From IMG/VR virus record IMGVR_UViG_2597490280_000001: DNA of 64,000 nt; one strand, 5' to 3'. This stretch comes from a virus (Duplodnaviria > Caudoviricetes). Shown here one piece after another: positions 41,844 through 51,777 of this stretch (its first letter is position 1; each line of letters begins with the position of its first letter). The notes under the pieces were generated by a model, which worked only from the letters and a program-made list of their open reading frames with translations, was not told the DNA's origin and did no database searches. Position numbers and translations under genes: made by a program.

Positions 41844-41853
41844 ATTCAAAAAT

Positions 41854-42255
41854 TTAAGTAAAAAATTCTTCCATAAAATTTGACTTGTGATATTCGTGAA
41901 GATTACACTTGATTTTCGGCATTGGCTCCTGGTTCTCGAAATCTTCAAGGTATTTGCTAGGAAGATCTCGTTTTTCAGCTGCAAAAGTGTACATAAGAGT
42001 ATTTTTTGTCATGCATTTAAAGCAGCTTGATTTTCTACTATGCAATATTGGTTCCCCATCTTCATAGGCATGATGGGAAAAGACATCAAATTCAATTTCG
42101 ATATGCTCCAAGTGTCTACATCCTGAAAAACATGCAATTTTGTTTTTAGGATTCTGTTCACAACCTTCCTCATGCTTTAACATCGCATGTTTACGAAACA
42201 ACTTCTTTTTACAGAAATCGCAATGATAAACTGTAACATTTTCTTGAGTCCTCAT
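41854..42255 (-). CDS. Cys/His-rich (zinc-finger-like) protein
   Basis: YHCDFCKK..HEEGC..CFSGCRH. Confidence 0.6.
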   Translation of the reverse strand: MRTQENVTVYHCDFCKKKLFRKHAMLKHEEGCEQNPKNKIACFSGCRHLEHIEIEFDVFSHHAYEDGEPILHSRKSSCFKCMTKNTLMYTFAAEKRDLPSKYLEDFENQEPMPKIKCNLHEYHKSNFMEEFFT

Positions 42256-42258
42256 AAG

Positions 42259-42987
42259 CTATGAGTTACAAACTGCAATAATATTGGGACGACGCACAAC
42301 CTCAATTTCCTTCAATTCCTCCGAAGCATGAATATCATATGCAATTCTGAAACCATGACCTTTTTTAACGAGAATACGATCGCTTTCATGTAATTTTAAA
42401 CCATGATCATTATAGTTCGTAAATAGATAAGCTGAAACTGGTTCATCAGCCGCGATAACCGTTCCGTAATCCTCATGATAGTCGCCAGTCTTATATATGA
42501 TTTCTAAATCTCCTTTTGCTACGCGTCCTTTAGCTTCATCGCGTTTAAAAAATACATAACCATTGATAGGTACATACTTATCACCATCACGAGAATAACC
42601 GAAAATAGAATCATAGGAAATTAGATAGCAATCCCCAATCCCTTCTATTTCTACTACCCTAGCCTCAGTTTCGCAGGTATTATTCAACATGTAATCGTAT
42701 AAAACATCATCACCAACACGCAATACATTCTGTGTATCCCATTGTAATGAACTCGCAACAATACTTTTACGTTCATCTTGATTTGATGTTTCTTTTAGAA
42801 GATTTCCTAAAAAAATTAATGATTCCGGAAGTTTAATGACCTTACCTATGATCGAAACATGTCTGCCTCTTGTCTCATGGTTATAGCCTACTTTTAAATC
42901 GATACCACCGACAGTTACTTTATCATAGCTACCTTGAGGTTTGATTAATACGTAGTTGTTTTTTAGTTGTATAGTTGTTGTTTTCAT
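42259..42987 (-). CDS. tandem GroES-like domain protein
   Basis: two repeats: NNYVLIKP..GKVI..VGDDVLY and INGYVFF..GTVI..DRILV. Confidence 0.55.
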   Translation of the reverse strand: MKTTTIQLKNNYVLIKPQGSYDKVTVGGIDLKVGYNHETRGRHVSIIGKVIKLPESLIFLGNLLKETSNQDERKSIVASSLQWDTQNVLRVGDDVLYDYMLNNTCETEARVVEIEGIGDCYLISYDSIFGYSRDGDKYVPINGYVFFKRDEAKGRVAKGDLEIIYKTGDYHEDYGTVIAADEPVSAYLFTNYNDHGLKLHESDRILVKKGHGFRIAYDIHASEELKEIEVVRRPNIIAVCNS

Positions 42988-43003
42988 GAACTAAAGTTTA
43001 ATA

Positions 43004-43054
43004 GTTTAGCTGTACTAATCCAAAAGTACCTATTTTTGTTTAGTTATACTAATC
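43004..43054. promoter_or_regulatory. back-to-back promoters flanked by operator copies 5 and 6
   Basis: GTTTAGCTGTACTAATC (43004), leftward TACTTTTG (43021-43028), rightward TATTTTTG (43031-43038), GTTTAGTTATACTAATC (43038). Confidence 0.7.
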
Positions 43055-43056
43055 TT

Positions 43057-43488
43057 ATGCAACAGAAATTTTTAAAAACTACTCGTGTCACTATCAAGGG
43101 ATACGTTTTTAATGGAAAGAAGCACATTTATCTTAAATCTCTTTATGAAATAAATTTTTGTCATTATCTCAACTTCTTGTTACAACACAAAGCAATCCAG
43201 GACTGGGAATACGAACCTGATACTTTTTGGTTTGAAAATATTAAACGAGGTACCAACAATTATTTACCAGACTTCAGGGTACTCGAGAACAATGGAGAAT
43301 TTACGTACTACGAAGTCAAAGGATACATGGATAAGAAGTCCGCAACAAAAATCAAACGAATGGCCAAATATCATCCAGATATAAAACTCATTTTGGTAGA
43401 TAAGCCGGTATATGAGGACATAAAGAAAAAGCGAGGAATAATCAAAAATTGGGGACACTACCTCACTGAAAAACCTATCTCTGTATAA
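43057..43488 (+). CDS. PD-(D/E)XK endonuclease (DUF1064/TnsA-N-like)
   Basis: KSLYE..WEYEP..YLPDF..YEVKG; start moved to ATG 43057. Confidence 0.75.
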   Translation: MQQKFLKTTRVTIKGYVFNGKKHIYLKSLYEINFCHYLNFLLQHKAIQDWEYEPDTFWFENIKRGTNNYLPDFRVLENNGEFTYYEVKGYMDKKSATKIKRMAKYHPDIKLILVDKPVYEDIKKKRGIIKNWGHYLTEKPISV

Positions 43489-43588
43489 AATTCAATGAAT
43501 TTAAAGTGGTTGATTTCAATCACTTTTTTTATGCTTAGAACTAACCATCAGTTAAAATATAATTTTTAATCTATACTAACACTTAATG

Positions 43589-43984
43589 CAGAACACTGAC
43601 AGAACAGTATCAGTACAAAAAAACATCTTAAGAATACACATAAAAACACTGATTTACAACTAATTAAAGTTAAAATGAATTATATAACAGTACAGCATCA
43701 GAACAAATGCAGAACATTTTTAATTTTAACTTACCTATCCTTAAAGTTCATTCTAATACATTTAAAAGCATATGATTTCAGCATCAAATTACTTATTGAA
43801 TTAATATTTACATATAATACGTAAACAAAAACCTATAACAATGAAACATATATCACTCTTCTTTTGCTAAATAAAGAATTACTTAATACAGAACACCAGC
43901 AGAACAAACAAAACAACAAGTAATAAACTGAATTACAGATAATTACAACAATTAAAAAACATAACATAGAACAACATCAGAACA
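43589..43984 (+). repeat. phased CAG(A/T)ACA direct repeats, iteron-like
   Basis: copies at 43589/43600/43611, 43688/43699/43710, 43889/43900 and 43967(TAGAACA)/43978; 11-bp period. Confidence 0.7.
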
Positions 43985-44188
43985 AATACTATTGATTTAT
44001 GAACTGATTAATAATATATTTTAACTTTTTATCACTCATTATCAATTACTTATGGTATTTGTTAATTTTCAACAAAACACCACATTACAACTTGATTTAC
44101 AAATATTTATAGTGTATATTTTTTTAGCAATATTTTTATACCTATTGTAACTTTGAAATTTTATTCAGACCATGCGCCCAAATATTAT

Positions 44189-44218
44189 TAGACTATATAG
44201 TTTAAACTATATAGTCTA
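44189..44218. repeat. perfect 30-bp palindrome
   Basis: TAGACTATATAGTTT|AAACTATATAGTCTA. Confidence 0.9.
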
Positions 44219-45366
44219 TTATACATAGTTTACTAAGAAAAAAAACAAAGCAAAAAAAAGATGATTTTTTGAAGTTTCAATTTTTTGGAAATTGTCTTTA
44301 ACAAAAAAGCCCTACGAGAATAGGGCCTTTATTTTATTTATTAATCTTCCGATTCTAATTGCAAAGCATCTTCCGAAAAAATATCTGATTGCTTTACAAA
44401 GCTGCTATCAAACCAAACACAACCAACTTTTGGAAAACCTTAAACTTGTGTTCTATCTGAATTTACTGTCATAGCTGGTCCACCACTTTTTAAGACCACT
44501 ACATCCCCAATTTTAAATTTCATAAAATATTAAATTTTTATTCAATGATGTATTTCATTGAACTTGAAATATACAAACTTAAATAAAGAGATACAAGCCA
44601 TTATTCACATGAATAGGCACTTACGACCATACCTGACACTTTTTATTTCTCTAAAGATCTGTTTCTGGCTTAAAAATCTAAATCTGATTAGATCTATTAA
44701 ATTTAAAACTTAAAATAAGGAGTTTTAAGAGTATGAAAATTTATCAAGTGAAACTATGTACCACATTGGTATATACACATCCTTAAATCGCCTTATTATA
44801 GTTAAATTTTAAATGTTTGGTGCTTTATGACAGAACAGCCTTTTGTAGTTTACATAAATGAAACTATATAATACGAAAATAGACAACACAGTTGCTATGT
44901 AGTAAACTTTTAACCAACTTTGTTCCCGGAGATAGGTGTACAGATTGTAATCAATCATGTTGCTCCAGTTAGTAGCCTTAAGCATTTAGGGCTAATTGTT
45001 TAATCAAGTTTCTTTATCTCAGGATTTTAAATTTTATCGTGCAAGTGACATGGCGGTGTTATTAGATATAAATGGGGGGGCCTCGTTTTCGTTCCGAAAC
45101 CGATCTCTGCCGAAGGGGTGGGTCCGATTCTGGAGAATTCATCGGATATGGCAACCTGATTACATAGTAATCAATCATTCAGCAACTTATCGAGATGAAC
45201 TAATATGAATATTTCAACTTCAGGTCATCATGGGACTTGAACCCTGTTCATTTTTCTTACTTAATTTGCAGTAATCAAACACTTTTATAATAAGCGAAAA
45301 AACACGCACCCATAATTGCACCCACATATCTAATTATTAGTACTGTATTGGTTGATTTGAACTAAT

Positions 45367-45867
45367 TTGACACAATTGTCAGTATTAACAAAAATTATCC
45401 AAAATTACTCAAAAAGCACGAAGCACGAGACAATAAGAGATAACACAAGCAATAACCCGTATTTTGCATTGCAAAGTCTATCTAAATTCATTTTATTGGT
45501 TGACAAAGGAATAATACTAGAGTCTGCTGTTCTCGGAAGAGCTTCAAGAGGGTTTAAATCCTGTCTATTTCTGCACGGAATTTATCCAGCATCTTCTAGC
45601 TCTACGCATATTTGTAGGGCATCAAACATTAATACCTCCAGCGTTAAGAAATATTTAGATTATTACATTTCAATTGGTCACATTGCTACCTCACGGAAAG
45701 TGATCAAATGTTTTAATAGATCCCGTACAATTGTAGGCTATAGGCTCACACCTTTGGGCAAGCAGCATGTTGATAATTTCTACACAACTCAATTTAGCCA
45801 ATTGAAGATAAAGGATCAGGTAAAATTAAATGATTCTGATTATTTCAATCATTTCATTAATCATTAG
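45367..45867 (+). CDS. winged-helix DNA-binding protein (start uncertain)
   Basis: STHICRASNINTSSVKKYLDYYISIGHI..YRLTPLG. Confidence 0.5.
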   Translation: MTQLSVLTKIIQNYSKSTKHETIRDNTSNNPYFALQSLSKFILLVDKGIILESAVLGRASRGFKSCLFLHGIYPASSSSTHICRASNINTSSVKKYLDYYISIGHIATSRKVIKCFNRSRTIVGYRLTPLGKQHVDNFYTTQFSQLKIKDQVKLNDSDYFNHFINH

Positions 45868-45931
45868 TTTCATTTTGGTAAACTTTTTTATACTTGATTT
45901 TCAATAACTTACTAATAATATTAAAATAATA

Positions 45932-45964
45932 TTTGCAAATATGTAATCTTATGTATTACCTTTG
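45932..45964 (+). promoter_or_regulatory. Bacteroidota sigma-70-type early promoter
   Basis: TTTG (45932) -21 nt- TACCTTTG (45957). Confidence 0.6.
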
Positions 45965-46104
45965 TTTCAGCAAATCAGGATAACGATTTGGTTATTCTTT
46001 GACATATCGATTAATATCTGCACGTAAGAAGCACCAAGCCAATGAGGAAACGAAGGGCGACTAATTAAGGCAGTGAGATATTAATGTTGCAATGTGGCCT
46101 ACTG

Positions 46105-46121
46105 GTTTAGTTATACTAATC
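46105..46121. promoter_or_regulatory. 17-bp operator-like palindrome, copy 7
   Basis: GTTTAGTTATACTAATC. Confidence 0.7.
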
Positions 46122-46183
46122 TTTAGAGGGTTCTAAGCCCCGAATAACACAGAAGACAACGAAAATATTCAAACAACAACATT

Positions 46184-46333
46184 ATGAAAGCAATCATTCA
46201 AATCATTTGGGGTAAAACAATTCTTTGCCCTATCAATTTCAATTTACCGCAAGGTAAGAAGTTCATTCATTTTGAAAATGAAGTGCAACTAAAAGAATTC
46301 AGTTCAAAGCACAATATCAAATTATTGAATTAG
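46184..46333 (+). CDS. small early protein (49 aa, not in the ORF track)
   Basis: ATG after an A-rich leader; MKAIIQIIWGKTILC...; abuts the next ORF. Confidence 0.5.
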   Translation: MKAIIQIIWGKTILCPINFNLPQGKKFIHFENEVQLKEFSSKHNIKLLN

Positions 46334-46335
46334 TT

Positions 46336-46560
46336 ATGCAATGGATCAATGTTTATTACTCGAATAAGCGAGGTAGTTATATCAAATACCGTGGTCGAGT
46401 CTATAACCTAAATTGGTTTGTTGGACCAGGACAACAAATACAACACCGCAAGGATGAATATTACGTTTCTGGTTGGCACGAAGATTTGGGTTTAATTCTA
46501 CATGCTACGGATGAAGATGTAGTAAAAATAATACCGAGGGATAAGGCAACAATTTTGTAA
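46336..46560 (+). CDS. small early protein
   Basis: 74 aa followed by a hairpin terminator at 46565-46592. Confidence 0.55.
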   Translation: MQWINVYYSNKRGSYIKYRGRVYNLNWFVGPGQQIQHRKDEYYVSGWHEDLGLILHATDEDVVKIIPRDKATIL

Positions 46561-46600
46561 ACAGTAAGGCGATTTAACGATCGCCTTTTTTATTAAATCT

Positions 46601-46741
46601 ATGAGAGATTATAAAGCGGTTATTGAACACAAAGGCTACAAGGTAGCGATAACTAATAATGGTGAATACAGTGCGATACGAGGAACTAAAATACATACTG
46701 CTGAAACATTGCTAAAGCTTTACTTTAAAATATCAGGATAA
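46601..46741 (+). CDS. small early protein (46 aa, not in the ORF track)
   Basis: MRDYKAVIEHKGYKV...; TAATG coupling to the next ORF. Confidence 0.45.
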   Translation: MRDYKAVIEHKGYKVAITNNGEYSAIRGTKIHTAETLLKLYFKISG

Positions 46742-46956
46742 TGAATAACGAAGTCAAAGTAAAATCAACTAGTGACGAAAAAAGTCAATGGTTTGAAGTT
46801 CATCCGAATAAGGATTCAAATCGATCAAGTCCTTTAGTTTTTGAATATGATAAAAGCAAAAGCGATTTACAATTGAGTTGTTATAAAGGCTGTTCATTAA
46901 AGCTAGATCAAGAGCAGATAATGGAATTATATATATTCTTAAAGGGTATAGTTTGA
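46741..46956 (+). CDS. small early protein
   Basis: 71-aa ORF. Confidence 0.5.
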   Translation: MNNEVKVKSTSDEKSQWFEVHPNKDSNRSSPLVFEYDKSKSDLQLSCYKGCSLKLDQEQIMELYIFLKGIV

Positions 46957-47039
46957 TAGTGGATTGCGCCACTTTAAAAAGGTTTTAAGCGTAAAGCGTT
47001 GCAAGGTTTTGAGCCTTGCAGGTAACAAATATAAACATC

Positions 47040-47840
47040 ATGAAAACATTAACAAATACAGTCGAGAAATTGGCAGAATTGAACGCAACTAATCAAAATT
47101 ATATTGCGTTTTATAATGCACCGGTAAATATGCAGAAAGTCGAAAAAGATTTTTCTTTACTGCTAGAGTATTCTAACAATTACCAAAAAAGACACACCGA
47201 AAATGAACCAAGTTTAGGGGATTGCTTACATCTCCCCGATGGACAAAAAGTATATTTCTGTCATATTTGGGATGATAGCGTACAGACATGCGGAGGTGGC
47301 TCATACTCTTTAACAAAAAGCGGTTATCTATCCTTTAGTGGTGGGCTTGACAGCGGTATTCGTATTGATGAAATGGAGCTTACAGAAGAAACAGACGCTT
47401 TAAATATTTGGTTTGCACATGCAGGATGGTTACAAGCAAATTGCTCAATTATAGCTAATATTGAAGTTAGGGTTTGGAAGCCTAAACAAAACGCAGATCT
47501 GTCTGGCATTCCCCAAATTGAAAAATTAAGAAAACAAAAACTTAAAGAGCAAAGCGAGAAAGTTGCAAAAGTAAACGGAAACGGTATAGAATATTTCGAA
47601 CATCTGCCAAGCATCTTTATAAATGAAGATGCTGTGAGTGATCAATTAATTAAAAAAATAGAAAGCGAAACGGGTTTGATCTTTGAAAAAACAATGTACT
47701 TCAATCCGTGCTACTGGGTTCAACCAATGAAGCAAAAACAAATTGATAAACTTAAGAAATTCAAAGAGCTGCAAATTGTAGAAGAAAGAACGTTATCGAG
47801 CTATGAATTAATGCTTATTGTCAGAAAGAATAAAAGCTAA
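47040..47840 (+). CDS. early protein, DUF4121-like
   Basis: PSLGD..SFSGG..IWF..VRVW pattern; start ATG 47040. Confidence 0.45.
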   Translation: MKTLTNTVEKLAELNATNQNYIAFYNAPVNMQKVEKDFSLLLEYSNNYQKRHTENEPSLGDCLHLPDGQKVYFCHIWDDSVQTCGGGSYSLTKSGYLSFSGGLDSGIRIDEMELTEETDALNIWFAHAGWLQANCSIIANIEVRVWKPKQNADLSGIPQIEKLRKQKLKEQSEKVAKVNGNGIEYFEHLPSIFINEDAVSDQLIKKIESETGLIFEKTMYFNPCYWVQPMKQKQIDKLKKFKELQIVEERTLSSYELMLIVRKNKS

Positions 47841-47857
47841 AAAAAATTAATAACAAG

Positions 47858-47874
47858 GTTTAGTTATACTAATC
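47858..47874. promoter_or_regulatory. 17-bp operator-like palindrome, copy 8
   Basis: GTTTAGTTATACTAATC. Confidence 0.7.
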
Positions 47875-48069
47875 TAATGAGAGAAAACAAAAGAATATGT
47901 AAGGCGGTCACGATTGATCGCCTTATACGTTTAAGACTCCGCCAATTGGCACAGTTACAACGTCCGACACAGATCAACACTTTTAAAACAGCAGTCGTTT
48001 GAGCGACTTAAAATAGGTTTTAAGCTCAAAGCGCCCCGATAATAATCGGGAGTAACAAAACAAAACATT

Positions 48070-48261
48070 ATGAAATCAATAATTCCAAAACTAACAAAAA
48101 TAGAACGGCTGGAAATGCTCGCAAACCGAGTTAAAGCACGTGGTTATAAGCACATAACCCCAACTAGACTGATGATAGAAAGTTTATTCCTTTCAGGAAT
48201 GACAGTTCTAGACACAGATATTGAAGTAATCAATTATTGCAAAACTCTAACAATCAACTAA
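48070..48261 (+). CDS. small early protein
   Basis: 63-aa ORF. Confidence 0.55.
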   Translation: MKSIIPKLTKIERLEMLANRVKARGYKHITPTRLMIESLFLSGMTVLDTDIEVINYCKTLTIN

Positions 48262-48262
48262 A

Positions 48263-48622
48263 ATGCAGATAGTATTACACAATAATGGTTTTAAATATCG
48301 GTTAGAATTGACCGAAGAAAAAGCAAATTTCTATGTATTACAAAATGAGGGTGGAGAAACATTAGAAACTTATCTCCATGATCATTCAATGTCTCGTTTT
48401 GATTTCAACCCTGATTATTACGAATATTTAGACATGTTCGAATACATTGAACACCTTCCCGAAAACATTAAGGAGATAATTGATAAATGGGCTGAAATAG
48501 AAGTGAATAACGGTTTAACGTATACGGACTGTGAAGCATATGAAAAAGAGCTTTTACCGCTAGGTTATACGTTTGAATGGTCGCTTGATGCACTCCCCTA
48601 CGATCTTAATCTAATTAAATAA
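48263..48622 (+). CDS. acidic early protein
   Basis: 119 aa, D/E-rich; terminator at about 48637-48658. Confidence 0.6.
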   Translation: MQIVLHNNGFKYRLELTEEKANFYVLQNEGGETLETYLHDHSMSRFDFNPDYYEYLDMFEYIEHLPENIKEIIDKWAEIEVNNGLTYTDCEAYEKELLPLGYTFEWSLDALPYDLNLIK

Positions 48623-48798
48623 AATTTAGAAATAACAAGCCTATTTCTAGGCTTTTTTAATGCTACCAAAGGCTGTCCCAAGTCAGCATAAAAGCAGAGG
48701 GTTCATAATTAATGTTTGTTTGTTGTAAGGCACTAGCGAAAGTTAGTGCCTTTTTTCATTCAAACCACCACTAAAATACAAATCAACAATTAAATATT

Positions 48799-49002
48799 AT
48801 GACAACAATCACCTTAGAACAACATGAAGCAAAATTGCTTCGCTCCCTACTTGTAGGCTACATCGGTCAAAAAGAATTTGAATATCTGGAGATGGAAACA
48901 GAGGCAAAAATCGCAAGGGATCCATTGACAAAATTTTATGCTGATAATGGTAAAGCGCAGTTAATACGAGTTAGTGACCTTTTAAACAAACTAAAATCAT
49001 GA
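48799..49002 (+). CDS. hypothetical protein
   Basis: 67-aa ORF. Confidence 0.55.
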   Translation: MTTITLEQHEAKLLRSLLVGYIGQKEFEYLEMETEAKIARDPLTKFYADNGKAQLIRVSDLLNKLKS

Positions 49003-49217
49003 AGGATTTCTATACTGAAAATCAAAAACGACTTATTACAGTAAGTGTATTAGTGGTCATATGCTCATTTTGCGTATTTGCTACATTTATTTTATTCGCA
49101 GTGTCTTATAATTTGGAACGGAAACACAAAAGACCATTCCAAGAAGAACATAAAACTGTGATTTTTGAAGGTGACACTTTACACATTAACAAATTTGGTG
49201 AAATCGTAAATAAATAA
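48999..49217 (+). CDS. small membrane protein
   Basis: single TMD LITVSVLVVICSFCVFATFILFAV. Confidence 0.55.
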   Translation: MKDFYTENQKRLITVSVLVVICSFCVFATFILFAVSYNLERKHKRPFQEEHKTVIFEGDTLHINKFGEIVNK

Positions 49218-49220
49218 CCC

Positions 49221-49478
49221 ATGCATCTTACTGATAAAGAAATAGCTTATTTTGCTGATCAACTTCCCAACAATCTAGAGATAGCAGAAAAACCGGCTTA
49301 CAGTTTTATTGAAGACAATCAAAAAGCTGATCATTATCGTTTAGTCTTCTTTCATAAAGAAGTTGTAATGAAATCCGCGACAACAACCAGTTTATCTAAC
49401 TGGGTCGAATTTCTAAAACTTGAGTGCTCACCCGATGAGCTAGATGTTATTACACGATTTAAATTAAGCCAGTCATAA
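49221..49478 (+). CDS. hypothetical protein
   Basis: 85-aa ORF followed by hairpin and T-run. Confidence 0.55.
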   Translation: MHLTDKEIAYFADQLPNNLEIAEKPAYSFIEDNQKADHYRLVFFHKEVVMKSATTTSLSNWVEFLKLECSPDELDVITRFKLSQS

Positions 49479-49523
49479 AGTACTGGCTTTTTTATTTTCC
49501 AACAAACTAAAAATACAAAGATT

Positions 49524-49895
49524 ATGAAAGCATCAAATGATTTCCAAACAACTATTCAAGAGCATTTAAATGAGTTAGCTTCAAAAGATCCATTATTCGC
49601 GGAAACCCTGAAGAAAAAGAATAAAAATATAAATGAGTGCTGCCACTACATTTTGTCTGAGGTTCAAAAAGCAAAAAGAAATGCGTGGACGGATCCCGAA
49701 ATTTTCAATATGGCAGTGCATTACTATGATGAAGATGACATCAAAAATGTAAAATCCATTAATAATTATAGTGCGATTCACACTACTGAAAAAGTATCAG
49801 AAGTCGAGGGAAAAGTGAAAAAAGAAGAACCTAAACAATCTGTTAAAAGAGTTCTTCCAAAGCAAATAATCGAAAACCAAATTTCCCTATTCTAA
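49524..49895 (+). CDS. PcfK-like protein
   Basis: DPLFA..KNINECCHYILSEVQK..DPEIFNMAVHYYDED..QISLF. Confidence 0.85.
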   Translation: MKASNDFQTTIQEHLNELASKDPLFAETLKKKNKNINECCHYILSEVQKAKRNAWTDPEIFNMAVHYYDEDDIKNVKSINNYSAIHTTEKVSEVEGKVKKEEPKQSVKRVLPKQIIENQISLF

Positions 49896-51181
49896 TGAAG
49901 CCAAGAACAAAATTACACCATCAAGTTGTAGAACTTGCTCGTGATATTCCTCCGATAACAGATGAACAAAAAGCTTGGGCATTTGAAAATTGTATTAGAC
50001 ATATTGGTTTTAGGGCTAAATCAAATAAGGTTTCCTGCTTAAGTTGTGGACATGTTTTCCAAGGTATCCAATTACTTCCAAAATTGGACTGTCCTAGTTG
50101 TCAGCGTACAATTTCAATAGTAGACACTCGAAAAAGAAAAGACATGCAAAGAAGCATGATGGCAATAATTACGACACATAAAGGATTCCAAGTAAATAGG
50201 TATTTTGAAATTTATTGTTATCATAAGTCTGGCGAAATACCCAATTTTTGCATTTGGAGTGCTTGTGAACAATGGATAAATGAAAAAGGTAAAACAACTA
50301 TTTTCGGCAAGCAACGAAACCTTTCTTGGTACCATGATACGTTTTCAGGTTATAATGAGATTAGAAATTGGGACCAAAGAAGTAGCAAATATAATTTGAA
50401 CCCTACTAAAGTTTATCCAAAAATTAAGACTCTTCCAATTCTAAAGCGTAACGGATTTAAAAAGAATTTCCATGGTTTAACTCCTTACGAAGTGTTCTAT
50501 GGGCTTATTACTGACAGTAAAGCTGAAACTCTTATAAAAGCTAAACAATACAGCTTATTTTTTGAAAGACTGGGAGATAAAACACGTTATGTAGATATGT
50601 ATTGGGATTCTGTTAAAATCGCCATTAGGAATAATTACATTGTCAAAGATGCCAGTATGTGGCTAGATGAGCTTAGATTACTATCTCAACTAAGGAAAGA
50701 CCTTAGAAGTCCAAAATATGTATGTCCAATTAATCTTGCTTTAAACCACCAAAGAACAATTAGAAAGCATGAACATATGTTGAAAATTAAGGCATTAGAT
50801 ACTAAGAAAACCCAAATAGAGAAGTACGAAGAACAATACAAACATGAAAAAGGTAAATATTTTGGTTTAAAGTTCAATGCAGGAGATATTACTATTAATC
50901 CACTTCGTTCTGTCGCAGAATTTGCAGTAGAAGGAGACCGTTTTCATCATTGTGTTTTTTCAAATGGCTATTATAAGAAAGAAAACTCTTTAGTCTTCTC
51001 AGCAAGTTTAAACGGAAAGCCAATCGAAACTGTTGAAGTGAATCTAATAACATTTAAAGTCGTACAATCCAGAGGGCTACAAAATAGATCTACAGACCTG
51101 CACGAAAAAATTGTAAACATATTAAATGGGAACATGCATCAGATTAAAAAGTGTCAACGAAAATTAGCGACCATCGCTTAA
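49895..51181 (+). CDS. PcfJ-like protein
   Basis: MKPRTK start, CLSCG/CPSC, ETLIKAKQ, EGDRFHHCVFSNGYY, ETVEV..QSRG. Confidence 0.85.
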   Translation: MKPRTKLHHQVVELARDIPPITDEQKAWAFENCIRHIGFRAKSNKVSCLSCGHVFQGIQLLPKLDCPSCQRTISIVDTRKRKDMQRSMMAIITTHKGFQVNRYFEIYCYHKSGEIPNFCIWSACEQWINEKGKTTIFGKQRNLSWYHDTFSGYNEIRNWDQRSSKYNLNPTKVYPKIKTLPILKRNGFKKNFHGLTPYEVFYGLITDSKAETLIKAKQYSLFFERLGDKTRYVDMYWDSVKIAIRNNYIVKDASMWLDELRLLSQLRKDLRSPKYVCPINLALNHQRTIRKHEHMLKIKALDTKKTQIEKYEEQYKHEKGKYFGLKFNAGDITINPLRSVAEFAVEGDRFHHCVFSNGYYKKENSLVFSASLNGKPIETVEVNLITFKVVQSRGLQNRSTDLHEKIVNILNGNMHQIKKCQRKLATIA

Positions 51182-51465
51182 ATTTTTGAACAAAATTATG
51201 ATGAGTCGGCTATTTCTATAACCGACTCATATTTTCATAAGACTAGTAGTTTATTAGAAATATCATACGTGCTACATATTCTTTTACTTCTGCTTTCTCG
51301 TAAGCAGTTACGGTTTCATTATCTATCACCTTGAATAGCAATTCAACTTTACATTTTTTATTTGTCATTTATTTTTTAAGGCCACTTAATTGAGGCTCTA
51401 TAAATAAATATCAAGCAACAAATGAAAGTGTCATTTATTTATTAAAAAAAATTATAAAAATCACA

Positions 51466-51777
51466 ATGAGCAGATCATATAACATTCCACAAAAATATAT
51501 CGACCTAGTTGGTACAAAAAGAAAATTCTCTGGAGGCTTATTTTCAGCAAAAAAGGAATTACCGGAAACTGAATACATGATACATAATATCCGCTGGGGA
51601 TCAGCAACAATAATAAACTACAGAGAACTTAGTGAAACTGGTAAATCAAGTTATGAATATCCTACTGTTGAATATCTACTTAGTAATAGGTCTTCGAAAC
51701 GTAAACAATGGTCAAGAGGTTTTGCGGTTAGAGAAATTGACATAAATAAATTAGAAAGCGAGGTATCAGGTGAATAG
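51466..51777 (+). CDS. hypothetical protein
   Basis: 103-aa ORF. Confidence 0.55.
   Translation: MSRSYNIPQKYIDLVGTKRKFSGGLFSAKKELPETEYMIHNIRWGSATIINYRELSETGKSSYEYPTVEYLLSNRSSKRKQWSRGFAVREIDINKLESEVSGE

Noticed and set aside
44292-45208. ORFs 44292..44474 and 44996..45208
   Set aside because: TTG starts, no recognisable motifs; the first spans a terminator-like hairpin; probably non-coding
43500-45360. CRISPR array in the long non-coding region
   Set aside because: Repeats are 7-mers at an 11-bp period, not 25-45 bp repeats with spacers; no cas genes
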